The notes beneath the pieces are model-generated. The model searched no databases and was not told where the DNA came from. It worked only from the letters and a program-made list of their open reading frames with translations. Shown piece after piece: positions 24,624-37,625 of a DNA stretch of 64,000 nt. A program made the translations under genes and the position numbers. The DNA is from Cirrosporium novae-zelandiae (Eukaryota). The stretch is from positions 372,001 to 436,000 of the forward strand of contig JAPETS010000004.1 of NCBI GenBank assembly GCA_026023565.1. The letters are read 5' to 3'. The stretch's first letter is position 1, and the number at the start of each line of letters is the position of its first letter.

Positions 24624-26108
24624 TCAGTTCTCAATCTGAATGGACACGTTCTTTTCCGAAGGTGGGATAACATGCCCCTCAAGCCCATTTTTAAGATTTG
24701 GAAGTTCTGCAATAGCCTCTTTGATGATATCTAAAGCTGTCTTGATTTCCTCTTCGGTGATGACGAGAGGGGGAGCAAGCCGGATGATATTTTGGTGTGT
24801 TGGTTTTGCCAATAAGCCCTTTTCCTTCATTAACAAGCACAAATCCCATGCACTGTGACCGCCGGTCTTAGATTCATCAATAACGATAGCATTAAGGAGG
24901 CCTTTTCCACGAACAAGCTGAATCATTGGACTATTCAGATCTTTGAGCCCCTGGCGAAAAATCTTCCCCAATTTTTCAGCTCTCTCCGTCATTTTCTCGT
25001 CCCTTATCACTTCTAGGGCACGAATTGCAACCGCACTGCCGAGAGGATTGCCTCCATAGGTTGAGCCATGAGTTCCAGGCTCGACAACAAGCATGATTTC
25101 CTTCCTTCCAAGAACACATGAGACAGGATACATGCCTCCTGAAATAGCCTTACCCAGGAGGACAAGATCTGGCTTGATACCACTCCATTCATAGCAAAGA
25201 AGCTTGCCAGTTCGAGCGATACCGGTTTGGATTTCATCACATATCAAGAGAACGTTATGCTTGTTGCAGAGAGCTCTTACTTCTTTCAGATAATTGTCAT
25301 CTGGGACCATGATCCCAGCCTCGCCCTGAATTGGTTCAACGAGGAAAGCTGCGACCTTTTTGCCATGCTTTTCGAGGGCTTCGCGTAAAGCGTTCACATC
25401 GTTGTATGGTAGAGGTTTGTCTTCTCCTGGAAGATAAGGTCCAATATTCGGAACGAAGGGACCATAGTTGTCTCGTGATTCAGGGTCGGTTGACATGGAA
25501 ATGGCACCAAACTAAGACAAGTGTTTTATTAGTTCAAATCACCTTAGCTTGCCCGTGATATTTGCAAGGCGACATACTGTTCTGCCATGGAAGTTTTCTT
25601 TCACGCTGATCACGAATGCTTCGTTCTCAGGTATCCCCTTGACTTTGTATCCCCATTTTCTCGCAATTTTGACGGCAGTTTCAACGGCTTCTGCACCTGT
25701 ATTCATTGGCAACACCATGTCAAATCCAAAATAGTTGGTGACAAATTCGGCAAATTTTGGAAAGACGTCATTGTAAAATGCCCTTGAGCTCAGTGTCAAT
25801 ATTTGTGCTTGTTCAGTCAAGGCCTTTACAAGTTCGGGATGACAATGACCCTGGTTCACTGCGGAGTAGGCAGATAGCCAATCGTAATAGTGCTTGCCTT
25901 CTGGGTCCCAAACAGAACATCCAGATGCTCTCGCAAATACAACAGGGAGAGGGTGATAGTTGTGCGCGGCATGTTTATGTTCGAGCGCTATGGCTGCACC
26001 CGAAGCAGCCACATGATATTGACTGGGGTCTGTATTTCCTGAGGGACGGAATGTAGGGGCAGTGGCTTTCAAGTTGCTGCCATTGGCTAATTCAGGATTG
26101 ACGCCCAT
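24624..26108 (-). CDS. CAR2: Ornithine aminotransferase
   Basis: [55 protein letters not shown] and [10 protein letters not shown]. Intron 25512-25577. Confidence 0.96.
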
Positions 26109-27233
26109 GTTGATGGATTATACTGGGGTCAATGTTCTTCAAGGTGCAATATAACTTTGAGAATTAGATCAACTTTTGATATTATAAAATTATTTCCTGG
26201 TGGACTAACAAGAAATATGTAGAAAATATGTAGAAAAAAGAGGCTCTTAGTTTGAGTGCGGGCAAGGTTTTTAAGGTCAAAGAGATTTGTTCAATGACCA
26301 GTTTGCATGTTTGCCCCTCATACTAACACACTTATCGGACGTTATCGAAACCCTTGGCGTGGGGTATTTTGACCGTATGACCTTGTCCTTGACGCTTATT
26401 CGCGGGTCGCTTGCCCCTGCTTAATGTAGATGTTTGTTTTATTACTCAGATTACAGAATTACAGTAACTGTCCTGGTGCAAGGGGTGCTCTCAAAGGCAA
26501 GGACATATACTCATAAATTACTCAAGCAGGTCTCTCTTGTATCTACTTTGACTGAAATAATGAAAATGAAATTTGCTGATAGGGAAACTTTTGACTCTTG
26601 GCATAAAAAATTATTAGCTAATAGAATTCCTTTGTTCCTTATTGGCGAATATCACGTGTAACTGAAAACCCTTTTTTTTCCCCAAGTGCCATCATGGGAC
26701 ATGCAAATTATTTTGGCCTGATCCTCTCTTTCTACATGGTACTAATAAACACTGCTATTGATACATAATAAAACCTTCTATATATTTAGGTGGTTGTTCT
26801 TCCATATTCGTAGACCACCAGATCCTAGCACCATCTGACTCACCAATCTGTTAATTAATTATTAACCTATGACGCTACTCTTCTCCTAAGCCTAGATTAG
26901 AAATGACTCGAGCTATTCCCGAGTACAACATACTTTCAATCATTGCCGATTTCCTTCCAGTTGTCTTCCAAACTAGACTACAAGTTTAGAAATTCACCGA
27001 GTCAAGCATTTGACTGTCCTTTCTTTCTTTGCAACTACTTATTTACCTCTTACCCAAGGCTGTTTTCTTGAAGCCTTCAATTTCCTATCACAATCTCAAG
27101 CAGGCAAACTCCATTACCAGTCAACAACCACAACAACTATCAGCCAGTTTTAACCCCAACCACGGATTCAGATCAAGTTCAGCTAGCTTCTTCTTTCACC
27201 CCGGGGATAGACACAAATATCACATCGGTTTCT

Positions 27234-30200
27234 ATGCCACCTTTAACTGTCAACCGGCCGCGACGAGGCGGAAGGAGACGCGGACATGGTAGAAATAACC
27301 TACCTCAAAATGTCCCTGAAACGCTTGCTTCAAGCAGTACCAATATTGACCCCAATTCCAGGCCTTTGGCGGTTAACAACGCAGACTCTGTCTCAAGCTC
27401 TATACCTAATGCACCACAAACCATACCTAGAAATACAAGAGTTCAATACAACGCTAGTGGAAGGGGACACAGGCAACGCCCTCAACACCGTGACCCACGA
27501 AATACTCATCAAGATAGAAATGGTGATCGACCTATAGGGGGAAGAGGCAATGTCCGTAATCGCAGGGCGAGGGGAGGAACAAGAGTAGAAGCCGGAAGAC
27601 AATTTGGAGGGCAGCTGACAACCGTTGACGAGACGCGGAATCAGTCCTCCCATCCAACACTTCAAGCAGATGCCGCTGAATTCATCCCAAATGAACCAAA
27701 TCACGGTACAGTTGAGAGACAATCGGTCCCTTCCTCTCCCTCTCAACCTAAGAGAAATCAGCAACATTCAAGACGTGGCTCAATTCAAAAGTCTACAGCC
27801 CCAGACCTTTCTACTCGTATCCATGAAGATATTGCACATACAGCTTACGAATGCCTTATATGCATGAGTGAGCTTAGTCGGAATTCTATGGTGTGGTCAT
27901 GTAAGATTTGTTGGATGGTCTTTCATTTAACTTGCATCAAGACGTGGTCTCATAATACGATGTCCACCATGGCAGAGCAACCAACACCAAATGGAGACTT
28001 TCCACCACAACGGCGGTGGAGATGCCCTGGCTGCAATCTTCCACAAAACGTTACTCCGAATGTCTGCTTGTGTTGGTGTGAAAAGGAAGTTAATCCCAAC
28101 CCAATCTCAGGTCTTCCCCCGCTCTCATGTGGCCAAACCTGCGGAAAACCACGGCTATTACCTAAGAAGTGCCCCCATCCATGTGAACTCTTGTGTCATG
28201 CTGGTCCTTGCCCACCATGTGCTCACATGGGGCCTGTGCAGGCCTGCTTTTGCGGCAAGAACTCTTCATCAAAAAGATGTGTCAATACTGACTATGAAAA
28301 TGGGTGGAGCTGCGGAGAAATTTGTGGAGATCTAATGCCATGTGGGACCCATACATGTCAACGTTCATGTCATGAAGGATTATGCGGAGCCTGTGAAGAG
28401 AAAATTCCATCTCGATGTTACTGCGGAAAGCTGGAACAGGATATTCTATGCTCGGAAAGAGAAGGTGAAAGGGAGAGTACAACTGGCATTCCTGACAGCA
28501 AGAGCACCATAGTTGTTGAGACGTGGACTGGCTCATTTCACTGTGGTAATGTCTGCAAGAGAAAATTTGACTGTGGGAAACATTCCTGTGAGAAAAAATG
28601 CCATCTACAGACTGCCGAACCAATTCACTGCCCTTGGTCCCCAGATTTGATCACTCACTGTCCATGTGGCAAAACACCATTGAAAGAGATTTCAGGAACA
28701 CCACGTCAATCCTGCGAAGATAAAATACCAAACTGCAAGAAGGAATGTTCAAGAGCTTTACCTTGTGGTCATCTATGTCGACAAATTTGTCACTCTGGGG
28801 AGTGCAGCATGCCCTGTTTCGAAACTGTACAGATATCATGTAGATGTGAACGAAATTTGCTCTCATCTATTTGTCATCAGGGCAAAGAAGAACCACCTCA
28901 GTGTATGCGGTGTTGCACCGTGACCCTTAACTGTGGCAGACATACATGTGGAGAGCGATGTTGTCTAGGAGAATATAAGGCCCATGAACGACTGGCTGCG
29001 AAGAGGAAAATGCGGTCGCTAAACAGACATCGAATAAACATTGAAGGATTCGAACCAGAACATATATGCACCCGGATATGTGGCCGTCCACAGAAATGTG
29101 GCAACCATACTTGCCCAGAACCCTGTCACAAAGGACCTTGTTTTAGTTGTCAAGAAGCTATTTTTGATGAGATTAGTTGCAATTGTGGACGAACTGTTTT
29201 GCAGCCCCCATTACCTTGTGGTACCAAACCTCCTCTATGTAGGTATGATTGTGAAAGGCGAAAAGCCTGTAGTCATCCTCAAACACCCCACAACTGCCAT
29301 GGCGATGAGGAGTCGTGCCCAAAATGCCCATTTCTTGTCACCAAAGAATGTATGTGCGGTAAAAGGACCGTAAAAAACCAACCTTGTTGGCTATCTGAGG
29401 CTCGATGCGGAGAAGTTTGCGGTAAGAGATTGAAGTGTGGATCTCATTATTGCCGCAAGACCTGTCATAAACTAGGAGATTGTGAAGATATTGGATCTGT
29501 ATGTCAACAACCATGTGGCAAAGCAAAGAAGACTTGTGGCCATCCTTGCGAACGTGCGTGTCATGCACCTTCGACATGTTTAGAAGACCAGCAATGTCCG
29601 TTCAAGATGATCATCACTTGTGACTGTCAGAATCTGAAACAAGAAGTTCGATGCAACGCTTCGAAGAACAGCGAAGGTAACAATAATAATAAGCTTACAT
29701 GTAACGATGAGTGCCTACGACTTGAACGGAACCGCATGCTTGCCTTGGCCTTGAATATTAATCCAGAAACCCATCGGGATGATCATATTCCTTATTCCAA
29801 CGCAACGCTTTCCAAATTCCAAGAAAATCCTAAATGGTCCCAAACCCAAGAGCGAGAACTCCGTATCTTCGCTACCGATGAAAAGGAAAAGCGTCTAATA
29901 TTCAAACCGATGAAGGCCCACGAACGTGCATTTATCCATTCGCTTGCTGAAGACTTTGGATTTGATAGCGAAAGCGTGGATCCTGAACCTCATCGTCAAG
30001 TCTTTGTTTTCAAAACTCCAAAGTTTGTCATGGCACCCATGAAAACACTGGTTCAATGTATCAGAATCAAACAACATGTCATGGAAGTCTCCGCAACTAT
30101 GCCAGAAACACCAAAGGGTCTCAGCGAGATAAACATTCCTTCGAATGGCTTTTTGCTACGCGAACCGCAGTTTGGACTCACGGTGGAAGAACTTCGGGCT

Positions 30201-30812
30201 GGGATTTCTGATGTCGTAAAATTATCAAAAGTCTCCTTGGACGTATCATTCCTACCCAGCGAGGAGGTGGCCCTTAAAGCACGACCTTCGGCTCAAACAG
30301 AGAGCGAAGTATCCTTAGCGTTGAAAACGCTTAAGCCACTGCTATCAAAAATCGTCTTATCTAAGAAGCTTGCAAAATCCATAACCCTATGCACTTTAGA
30401 TGCATCTCTCAACGTATTACGTACAGAGGATGAAAGCGAGGGCAAATCTGGTGGGTGGAGTGAAGTTGTCTCTAAAGCCGCTTTCCCAAGAATGGCTCCC
30501 AGACCGAGGGCTGTTGGGAATAAAAGTATCTACACGGTTCTAGGGAGTCGAGTCAAGGAAAGCCAGGAAAGGAAAAAGGCGCTCGAGGCAGAGAAGAAGA
30601 GAGGGAAAGAAAATGTGGTGGATGATTGGGAGGAGGAAATGGAGAAGGAAGAAGAAAGAGAAAAGGCGGAAAACCTTGCAGAAAAGACTGATGAACCGGA
30701 GGGTTCAGCAGATGACAATGAAAAGACGAAGGCCGTTAAGATGCACAGTGATGATCCCGAAACTCCGGATGGCGGTGGTGGTGAGAGCAGAAGTTCAGAC
30801 GCGTCGGTGTAG
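27234..30812 (+). CDS. FAP1: NF-X1-type zinc-finger protein with RING/PHD and R3H domains (NFX1/Fap1-like)
   Basis: CLIC..WSC..C..VFH..CI..W RING/PHD, multiple CGxHxCxxxCHxGxC repeats, and R3H RAFIHSLAEDFG. Intronless, 1192 aa. Confidence 0.9.
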   Translation: MPPLTVNRPRRGGRRRGHGRNNLPQNVPETLASSSTNIDPNSRPLAVNNADSVSSSIPNAPQTIPRNTRVQYNASGRGHRQRPQHRDPRNTHQDRNGDRPIGGRGNVRNRRARGGTRVEAGRQFGGQLTTVDETRNQSSHPTLQADAAEFIPNEPNHGTVERQSVPSSPSQPKRNQQHSRRGSIQKSTAPDLSTRIHEDIAHTAYECLICMSELSRNSMVWSCKICWMVFHLTCIKTWSHNTMSTMAEQPTPNGDFPPQRRWRCPGCNLPQNVTPNVCLCWCEKEVNPNPISGLPPLSCGQTCGKPRLLPKKCPHPCELLCHAGPCPPCAHMGPVQACFCGKNSSSKRCVNTDYENGWSCGEICGDLMPCGTHTCQRSCHEGLCGACEEKIPSRCYCGKLEQDILCSEREGERESTTGIPDSKSTIVVETWTGSFHCGNVCKRKFDCGKHSCEKKCHLQTAEPIHCPWSPDLITHCPCGKTPLKEISGTPRQSCEDKIPNCKKECSRALPCGHLCRQICHSGECSMPCFETVQISCRCERNLLSSICHQGKEEPPQCMRCCTVTLNCGRHTCGERCCLGEYKAHERLAAKRKMRSLNRHRINIEGFEPEHICTRICGRPQKCGNHTCPEPCHKGPCFSCQEAIFDEISCNCGRTVLQPPLPCGTKPPLCRYDCERRKACSHPQTPHNCHGDEESCPKCPFLVTKECMCGKRTVKNQPCWLSEARCGEVCGKRLKCGSHYCRKTCHKLGDCEDIGSVCQQPCGKAKKTCGHPCERACHAPSTCLEDQQCPFKMIITCDCQNLKQEVRCNASKNSEGNNNNKLTCNDECLRLERNRMLALALNINPETHRDDHIPYSNATLSKFQENPKWSQTQERELRIFATDEKEKRLIFKPMKAHERAFIHSLAEDFGFDSESVDPEPHRQVFVFKTPKFVMAPMKTLVQCIRIKQHVMEVSATMPETPKGLSEINIPSNGFLLREPQFGLTVEELRAGISDVVKLSKVSLDVSFLPSEEVALKARPSAQTESEVSLALKTLKPLLSKIVLSKKLAKSITLCTLDASLNVLRTEDESEGKSGGWSEVVSKAAFPRMAPRPRAVGNKSIYTVLGSRVKESQERKKALEAEKKRGKENVVDDWEEEMEKEEEREKAENLAEKTDEPEGSADDNEKTKAVKMHSDDPETPDGGGGESRSSDASV

Positions 30813-32869
30813 GCGCAAGATGTCTTGAAGATTTCCCCGAGGGATACCATAAATCCCGGGGAGTAGAATTGGTTGGTTTTTGTCTATTCTCAGCGATAGT
30901 ATTGCGAAATGCCTGTCTAGGAAGGGTTCGGGAATGTTCATAATAAAATAATAATTACCATAGATAGCATGGTGGACGTCATCACATAGATGTAGGACAA
31001 CCGAGGATCCAAGGACATGCCCACGGTGGCCACTTGAATTCCGAAAGAATGATCGACAGAAATTCAAAATTACTTTTCGGTGATGGTCAATGATCAGGAG
31101 CTCCAAAAATTTTCCCTTGGAGATGCTAAGACCACCCATAGCCCATGATTCACAGCCTACAGCCGAGGCGAGATTCGCTTGTAATGCAAAATGTCTAGCA
31201 AGACGTGGAAGGTAAATGGTCTGATCTCAGCAGGCATAATCCGCAAAGTCAACATGTACTTAACTTTGAATCAAGAACAGAATCAAAACATTAAAACTGC
31301 CGATGATCTTTTTTAAAATTTTAATGGCCGAACTACATGGGTTTCTGAGTCCATACCATGGTGACAGTAGTAGACAGGTATGGCGGGGGGAGGGGGCTTT
31401 TGGAATCAGCAGTATCGCGTTTTACCTTTTTTCAATCTCCTATCTCTTCTCAACCTCACTCATGTCGGGGAATGGAAATGATTGATGATGACTACTAGTT
31501 AAATGTTTTAATGGCTGGAAAAGGTGGTGATTCAATAATTTGATATACTCCTAACGAGTTCAGGCCCCCTCCAATTATTCACGATGATGTTATCTAGAGA
31601 TTTCCCATTTGGAGATCCCCTATTTGATTTTGAATGTTTTCTTACATTGGGGGGATCCAACATGTTAGCCAATATTTCCAACACGTGCTAAGGGACCCTA
31701 ATCAAGTGCCACAGCGAGCTAACTGTTTTAATTCCAAACTAGCCTCACTAACTTCACTAGCCAAGGTCTAACCAAAACTACTGAGCTCGACCTGAGCGCT
31801 ACTGCAATTTCCCGTCAACCTTCAGCTATTTTTCAACTCCTCAATTGGTTAGGTAGCCCTGGGCATGTTCGCGGCTACGACCGTGCCTGGACTTGATTGT
31901 GGCTTTAACTTCTGTTTACCTGTTTGATCGCTTTCGATCCCTTACCCCCAATGGGCCACTTCGTAACCTCCTCCCCAAATCGGAGTTTCCCTTCCCCCCC
32001 CTAGACTACCACGAAACGAAATACAGTAAACCAGTCAAACCAGTCCAGAGAAAAGAACATGCAACTGCCCACCGATCTTTCATTCTTTCCCTCCCCCGAC
32101 TTTCTTTTAAAAAAACTTACGCAAAGACCTTTCAACGGGTACTTACTTCAGTTCAATTGAATTGATTGGAACATTTGTTTCTTAATCGCAAAGTGTCTTG
32201 TGTTCTTACCTGTACAAATTTGCTGCCTGTCTTTTTTGTCTAAAAGAGAGGGAGAAAGAAGAAAGAGAAAGAGATCGAGAAGAACACTCTTCATCCATCA
32301 ACTACTCCAAACGGTCCTTAATTCTCCTCTCGATCACCTACACTACGACCGTTTTACCAACTACCAACAATACCACTTTTAATTTACCTGTTCATTGTTA
32401 ATACTTTTGAGGCACCTTCCAATCTTTGTATCACAATCAACCAAAGCAGGGAAGAGGGTGATTGACTAGGAAACGTCTGCGAAACTAGTTAATCCTGTCT
32501 GAGAGTGACGACACCGGAAATTACTCAGTTTACTTGTTAGAAGAGCACGCTCATCAACACTCTGATCTGGACAGCATTAACCCTTTCATTCTTCACTGCT
32601 GGAATTGGGTGATCCCACTCTACTTAATCGATAACGTTGCAAGAACACCCAATACCAAGACCATTTCAACTCCCATCCCAATTATCTTTGACTGGACAGC
32701 CCAATTTCTGAGCACTTCGAGTTCGCTATTTCTCCAAGTACTATTTTGAAGTCAACCGGTCCTCCTCACAACCCACCTTAAGCTGATCGGACATTCTTTA
32801 CCTACTGAGTATAAAGGTTGGGGTCTGGAATTTTTAAATAGGAGACGTTGGACCGATCGCAAAATCACC

Positions 32870-33410
32870 ATGTCGGAAAAAAACACAACCGGTAGATTTT
32901 TTGCTCCCCCATTAAAATCCTATCTTGACAAATAGACTAACTATTGATCCAGAAGTGGTTGTTACCCCCTCCGCTACAGCAGGCGCTCATGTCGAACCAT
33001 CCCTCGAAATGCCCAAGCCTGCAGTGGTTAATATAACTCAACTTGATACAAACCAATCCCAACACAATGAAACCAACTCTCCTACTTCGGACAGCCCAAA
33101 TAGCTCCATGGACCAAACTCGTGCCCAGGGAGGCATGTACCGTAACTCGACACTTGATCTCGAAAAGGGATTATGCTCAAACGGAAATAATGCCAATCAA
33201 GGTTGTGGGCGGATACGGTGGGGCAAGAAAGATGGACGGATACGGCTGAGAGAGAAGGAAGACCGATGTTTCCCTCTCAACAAGATGTCGAGGAAATGGC
33301 GAATCGTATTCAAAGTCACCATGGTACTACTGATAGTTTCCATTGCTGTTGTTGTGGGGGTGGTGATATCACAACAGACTGGTAACCGCTTGACCCCTTC
33401 GTCACGGTAA
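32870..33410 (+). CDS. Small single-pass membrane protein of unknown function
   Basis: ACCATG at 32870. Intron 32892-32952 joins in frame. DLEKG motif and C-terminal hydrophobic helix. Confidence 0.65.
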
Positions 33411-34957
33411 GGTCCTTTGATATTCTTCTACTCATCGTCATCATTATACAAGGCGTTTGGGGGGGGGGTATTAAGGAGAAGAATGGGTCTCGGAATTGGC
33501 ATTTGGTTTGAGCTCCTATGGAGTCATGATATGTATAGCTGGCACGGTATGCAGGTTAAGTTTTAATATCAAGTGAAAGCTTGGGGTTTCTTGGTGGAAT
33601 CAATGGAACGGATGTCTTGTCCAGTTACCAATCTGGAGGGAGAGACGGACTTCTGGAAGGACTGGGACTGTACAAAAGGCTGAACAAGAAGACATTATAC
33701 CAATTTATTAATTGTTCTCCTGAGGTGGAGACTTTATTACTGCAACGATGAAACATGCCATATCACTGTTTTTTATGCGACTCTTTTTAGGAACCTTTCT
33801 GGTATTGAAAGTATGACATTATTGGAAAAATATACAGGACAGTAATTAATGAATTCATTTTCTTTCAGATAGTAGGTCATGATGACCTAATTGATGGCTT
33901 GTTGATAACCAGCTATCTATAATCTTGGATTCCGCATAATTACTTTGGTGTGATCTGGCTGGCTCTAGGGTGATGGTGAAATTTAAAAATTTTGACATTA
34001 AAGAAGGGGCACGGTGACATGTTGATCCGGGGTTTCTTCGCTTAACTAATCCTTCCCACCATAAAACCTCCACGTCTCCCGCCAACGAATTCTTCTTCTT
34101 TTTTTCTCCTTATCAAAAAGCCAACAGAGCCAGCCACGACCGTCGTTTTAACGCTTCTTGCTTTCCTACAGCGATGTGTTGCCATGAGGTCTCTGACCTC
34201 CATCGGCTCTGGAGATTAAGGTTTCTGTCCCGGATCTAACTTGTTCCCTTTATTGTAAAGGTGAACGCTAGTTGATGGGAAACATCTCGTAGGAGTAATG
34301 GAATCACTACACTTGAAATGAACTAGAGGCTTACTGGTTACTCAAGTCTGTTGTAGAATATTCCTTAACCAAATTATCCTGAAGCACTAATTAAATTTTC
34401 ATCTATATTGTGACATTATAAAGCCTTTCGAGATTAAATATACCAAAGCATTTCCATTACCTACCAGTTTTGTACCCGATGATAGTTATTCTACTCGAGA
34501 GGGAAGGGGAATCAAGACAATGCTCAAGCCTAGGAATTTTACATTGCTGCTTCGATATATTTCCTTGGTGAAAATCGAGAAGATACTTGAGTTCTTTGTC
34601 TAGCATAGCAACAGTACTGAACAAAGGCCACTCTATTCAAATCTTTTTTGTTCTTTCTCGGTCCATAAAGCCGTTGCTCGGTCTTGGAAACAATGGTACT
34701 GGTATATGTGGAGCAATACGAAACAATGCATTTTTATTCCTTTATTGTGTTATTTGTATATAAATACAAGGCCCTCTCGAGCCTTTTCTAATCAAACATA
34801 ATACGGATATTTCGTACCCAGCATATTCTAACCGAATCAAACAGCTACAGGTATTACATTGCCCGCCAAATCAGTCAACAACAAGGCTCTCTCTTATCCA
34901 TACTCATTATTCCATCCTCATCCACGGTTATTCTGTCGAGACGCTATATATCAAGAT

Positions 34958-36433
34958 ATGGACCGACACAGAAGCAGCAGTGCTGCCATAAGAGGTCTTT
35001 ATAGCGAAGAGGGTGCAGAGAGAATGATGGAGAAAGAAAGAGGAGGGATAGAAAACAATGAAGGGATGGTGAGGGCTCATGAGCACCGCCGTTGTTGTCA
35101 TCATCATAGCCTAAAACACTACCATGATGTGAATGAAAAAGCTCATACTATTCACGAGCATCGCCATCGCCATCGCCATCGGTGTCATCATCATCGTGAA
35201 ACGTTGGACCATCATGCTAAAAACAATACAGAGGTTCGTCGCCGTCGAGAAATCGAAGAAAATCCCCTCGTTACCGTAGATGATTTCATCGAATGGTACG
35301 GCACAGCCTCCCACAAAGATCACACGCGCTTCTGGGAATCTGTCCCAGAGTTTTTTTCAATCCCACGATCTAGACTTCACTCCCGCGCTTCCCAAGGAAA
35401 CGACTTCGCCACCAAGCTTTCTAGTTTCGTATCTAAGCTCAAGAGCGGAATAAAGGACTACAACAACGCACCCGACGAGAATGGCCTCTCAATCATCTTC
35501 CAGGAGATGAAAAAACAGATGAAAAAACGGAGGGAGAAAAGGATAACGCAAAAACAGGAGGAAGACAAGAGGATTCTCAAGAGCATGATAAGTAATCCAA
35601 CCCCGCTTGACCCCCGCGATCTTACCTTTGCGGTCGAAAGCAGGAGTGATAGCCTATCAAGAAAATCACTCCAGAGCCAACTGATGTTTAGCCACAAGGC
35701 TATAGATAACCGGTTACGCGAGGCAGATCAAAGATTACCCAAATCCAGATATCCCAATATCCTCCCTACAGCCCCCTCGCCCCCAAGAGACGATCTTGCA
35801 CGCTCGGGTCTCGAGAAAACATGGACGCCCAAGTCCCAAAGTCCTCGATGCGAAGCGTTCGTTCGATCAGCCACTCGTCGCAGCCACCATCACGATGAGA
35901 ATAATCTATACGGTTACACATCGTCCGAAGATGAAAGCAGCAACGAGGCCGAGGCCTACGAAACCGACTCCCTCTACAGCACCGATTCCGAAGCCGGACG
36001 GGATCTCCACCACTACCATAGATGTCCAGAATCCCCCACCTCCATGCTCACTAGCAGTAGGCACCCCGTACCCTCCTCCACGCATGGCTCCAGCAACCAA
36101 CCCGGCCTTAACGACCCAGCCTGGTGCTCCCGCTTCTCAGCATGGCAACATCAGGAAGTTGCCTCGCGGTTCGGGAACATGACTGTCGAGGAGAAGGAGA
36201 AGGAGAAGGAGAAGTGCAAGATTCAGATGACCTACGGAGAATTATTACCTGAGCTTGTGGAACCTCCCCTAAGCGAGCATCCTGCTTTCAGAAATGATAG
36301 CTGGCTGACTACTAGTTCAGAGCACCACCACCGTCTTAACTCTAGCGGGGAGCCGTGGAATGTCGAGCGGCTTAGTGCTTTGCCCGCTCCGTTGAGGAAT
36401 AAGGAAGAAGAGAGAGGGAGAGAGAGGAAATAG
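34958..36433 (+). CDS. Orphan, His/Arg-rich, largely disordered protein
   Basis: About 490-codon open frame from the first ATG at 34958. TATA box (TATATAAA) at about 34757. Confidence 0.6.
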   Translation: MDRHRSSSAAIRGLYSEEGAERMMEKERGGIENNEGMVRAHEHRRCCHHHSLKHYHDVNEKAHTIHEHRHRHRHRCHHHRETLDHHAKNNTEVRRRREIEENPLVTVDDFIEWYGTASHKDHTRFWESVPEFFSIPRSRLHSRASQGNDFATKLSSFVSKLKSGIKDYNNAPDENGLSIIFQEMKKQMKKRREKRITQKQEEDKRILKSMISNPTPLDPRDLTFAVESRSDSLSRKSLQSQLMFSHKAIDNRLREADQRLPKSRYPNILPTAPSPPRDDLARSGLEKTWTPKSQSPRCEAFVRSATRRSHHHDENNLYGYTSSEDESSNEAEAYETDSLYSTDSEAGRDLHHYHRCPESPTSMLTSSRHPVPSSTHGSSNQPGLNDPAWCSRFSAWQHQEVASRFGNMTVEEKEKEKEKCKIQMTYGELLPELVEPPLSEHPAFRNDSWLTTSSEHHHRLNSSGEPWNVERLSALPAPLRNKEEERGRERK

Positions 36434-37625
36434 ATAAATAATGAGAGAGGTTTTGAGGTAGGTTTTTTATGTACGCATATGTATGCATATACAAATATAT
36501 ATATACCCCCTTATTGTAGTAGTATTTGTCGTCATCGAACTAACTTCATTCATAGCGGGCTGCTTTTTTTTTCTCTCTCTTGTGGTTAGCCGCATCCCAT
36601 GGTATGTAATATATAATTTAATATAACATAATACATACATTCATACATATATCCAAATCCCAAGTAATAAAAACAAATCCAACCCAATCTAATTCATTTT
36701 TACCAACCGAAATCCTTACTCCACTTCAACTTCCCCCCAAACATCCCCCCATTACCCTCAGGCTCTACCATAATCTCCCACCCCAAACTCCAAACTCTCA
36801 AACTCCCAATCAACATCAATATCAATATCAATAAACAAACATCTAACAACCAATACTAACCCAAACCAAAGCAAAAAATTATGATTAAATCAAATATCTA
36901 GACTATCTAAACCCCTCTCGTTTTATTATTTTTTTCATGAAGAGTGAATGAATGAATGAACCTTTGAGCTTTTAGCTTGTTACTGTAGGGTTTTTTTTGG
37001 GTTGGTTGATTAATCTACCTGCTTTGTAGACATCCAGTTACCTACCTATCTATCAGGCGGCGAATAGATCATTCCCAACCAAAGAAAAAAGCTTGAAAAA
37101 ATATCAAAAATAGTAAACAAAAAACTCTATCACCGTCCCCCACTGTTATCTATGCCCAAAGTAGTGAAGTGAAAGGGGATGAATGAATGGATCAAAAACT
37201 TAGACTGGTGTCTATCGTTGTGGTCAAAAATAGCCTCATAAAATGGGATATGGAATGGATGGATGACACGGATTAATTAGTACTGGAAAAAACGTTCGGT
37301 CCATGATGACAGTTATTATACCATAGCAATGATTAATCACCTCCAATAACCGGTTTTGGTCTAGACTATTCATTCATTCCCTTTCGCTGGTCCAGAGTAA
37401 GTTTAATTCAAAAACGCGTTTCCTTACACGAGAAGCATAAAATACATAAAGCTGAAATGAAAACGAAAAGGTTCCACCAGCTCCTCCTTGCATGTGGTTG
37501 ATACTAACTAACAGACAGTTTAGCATCATCACGGTCATGGATTTTTCAAGAAAAAAGGTTGGGGAATGGATTTTGCTTACCTCCGCGATCTAATGCATTC
37601 ATGGCCTTTGGCAAGATCATGCTTG

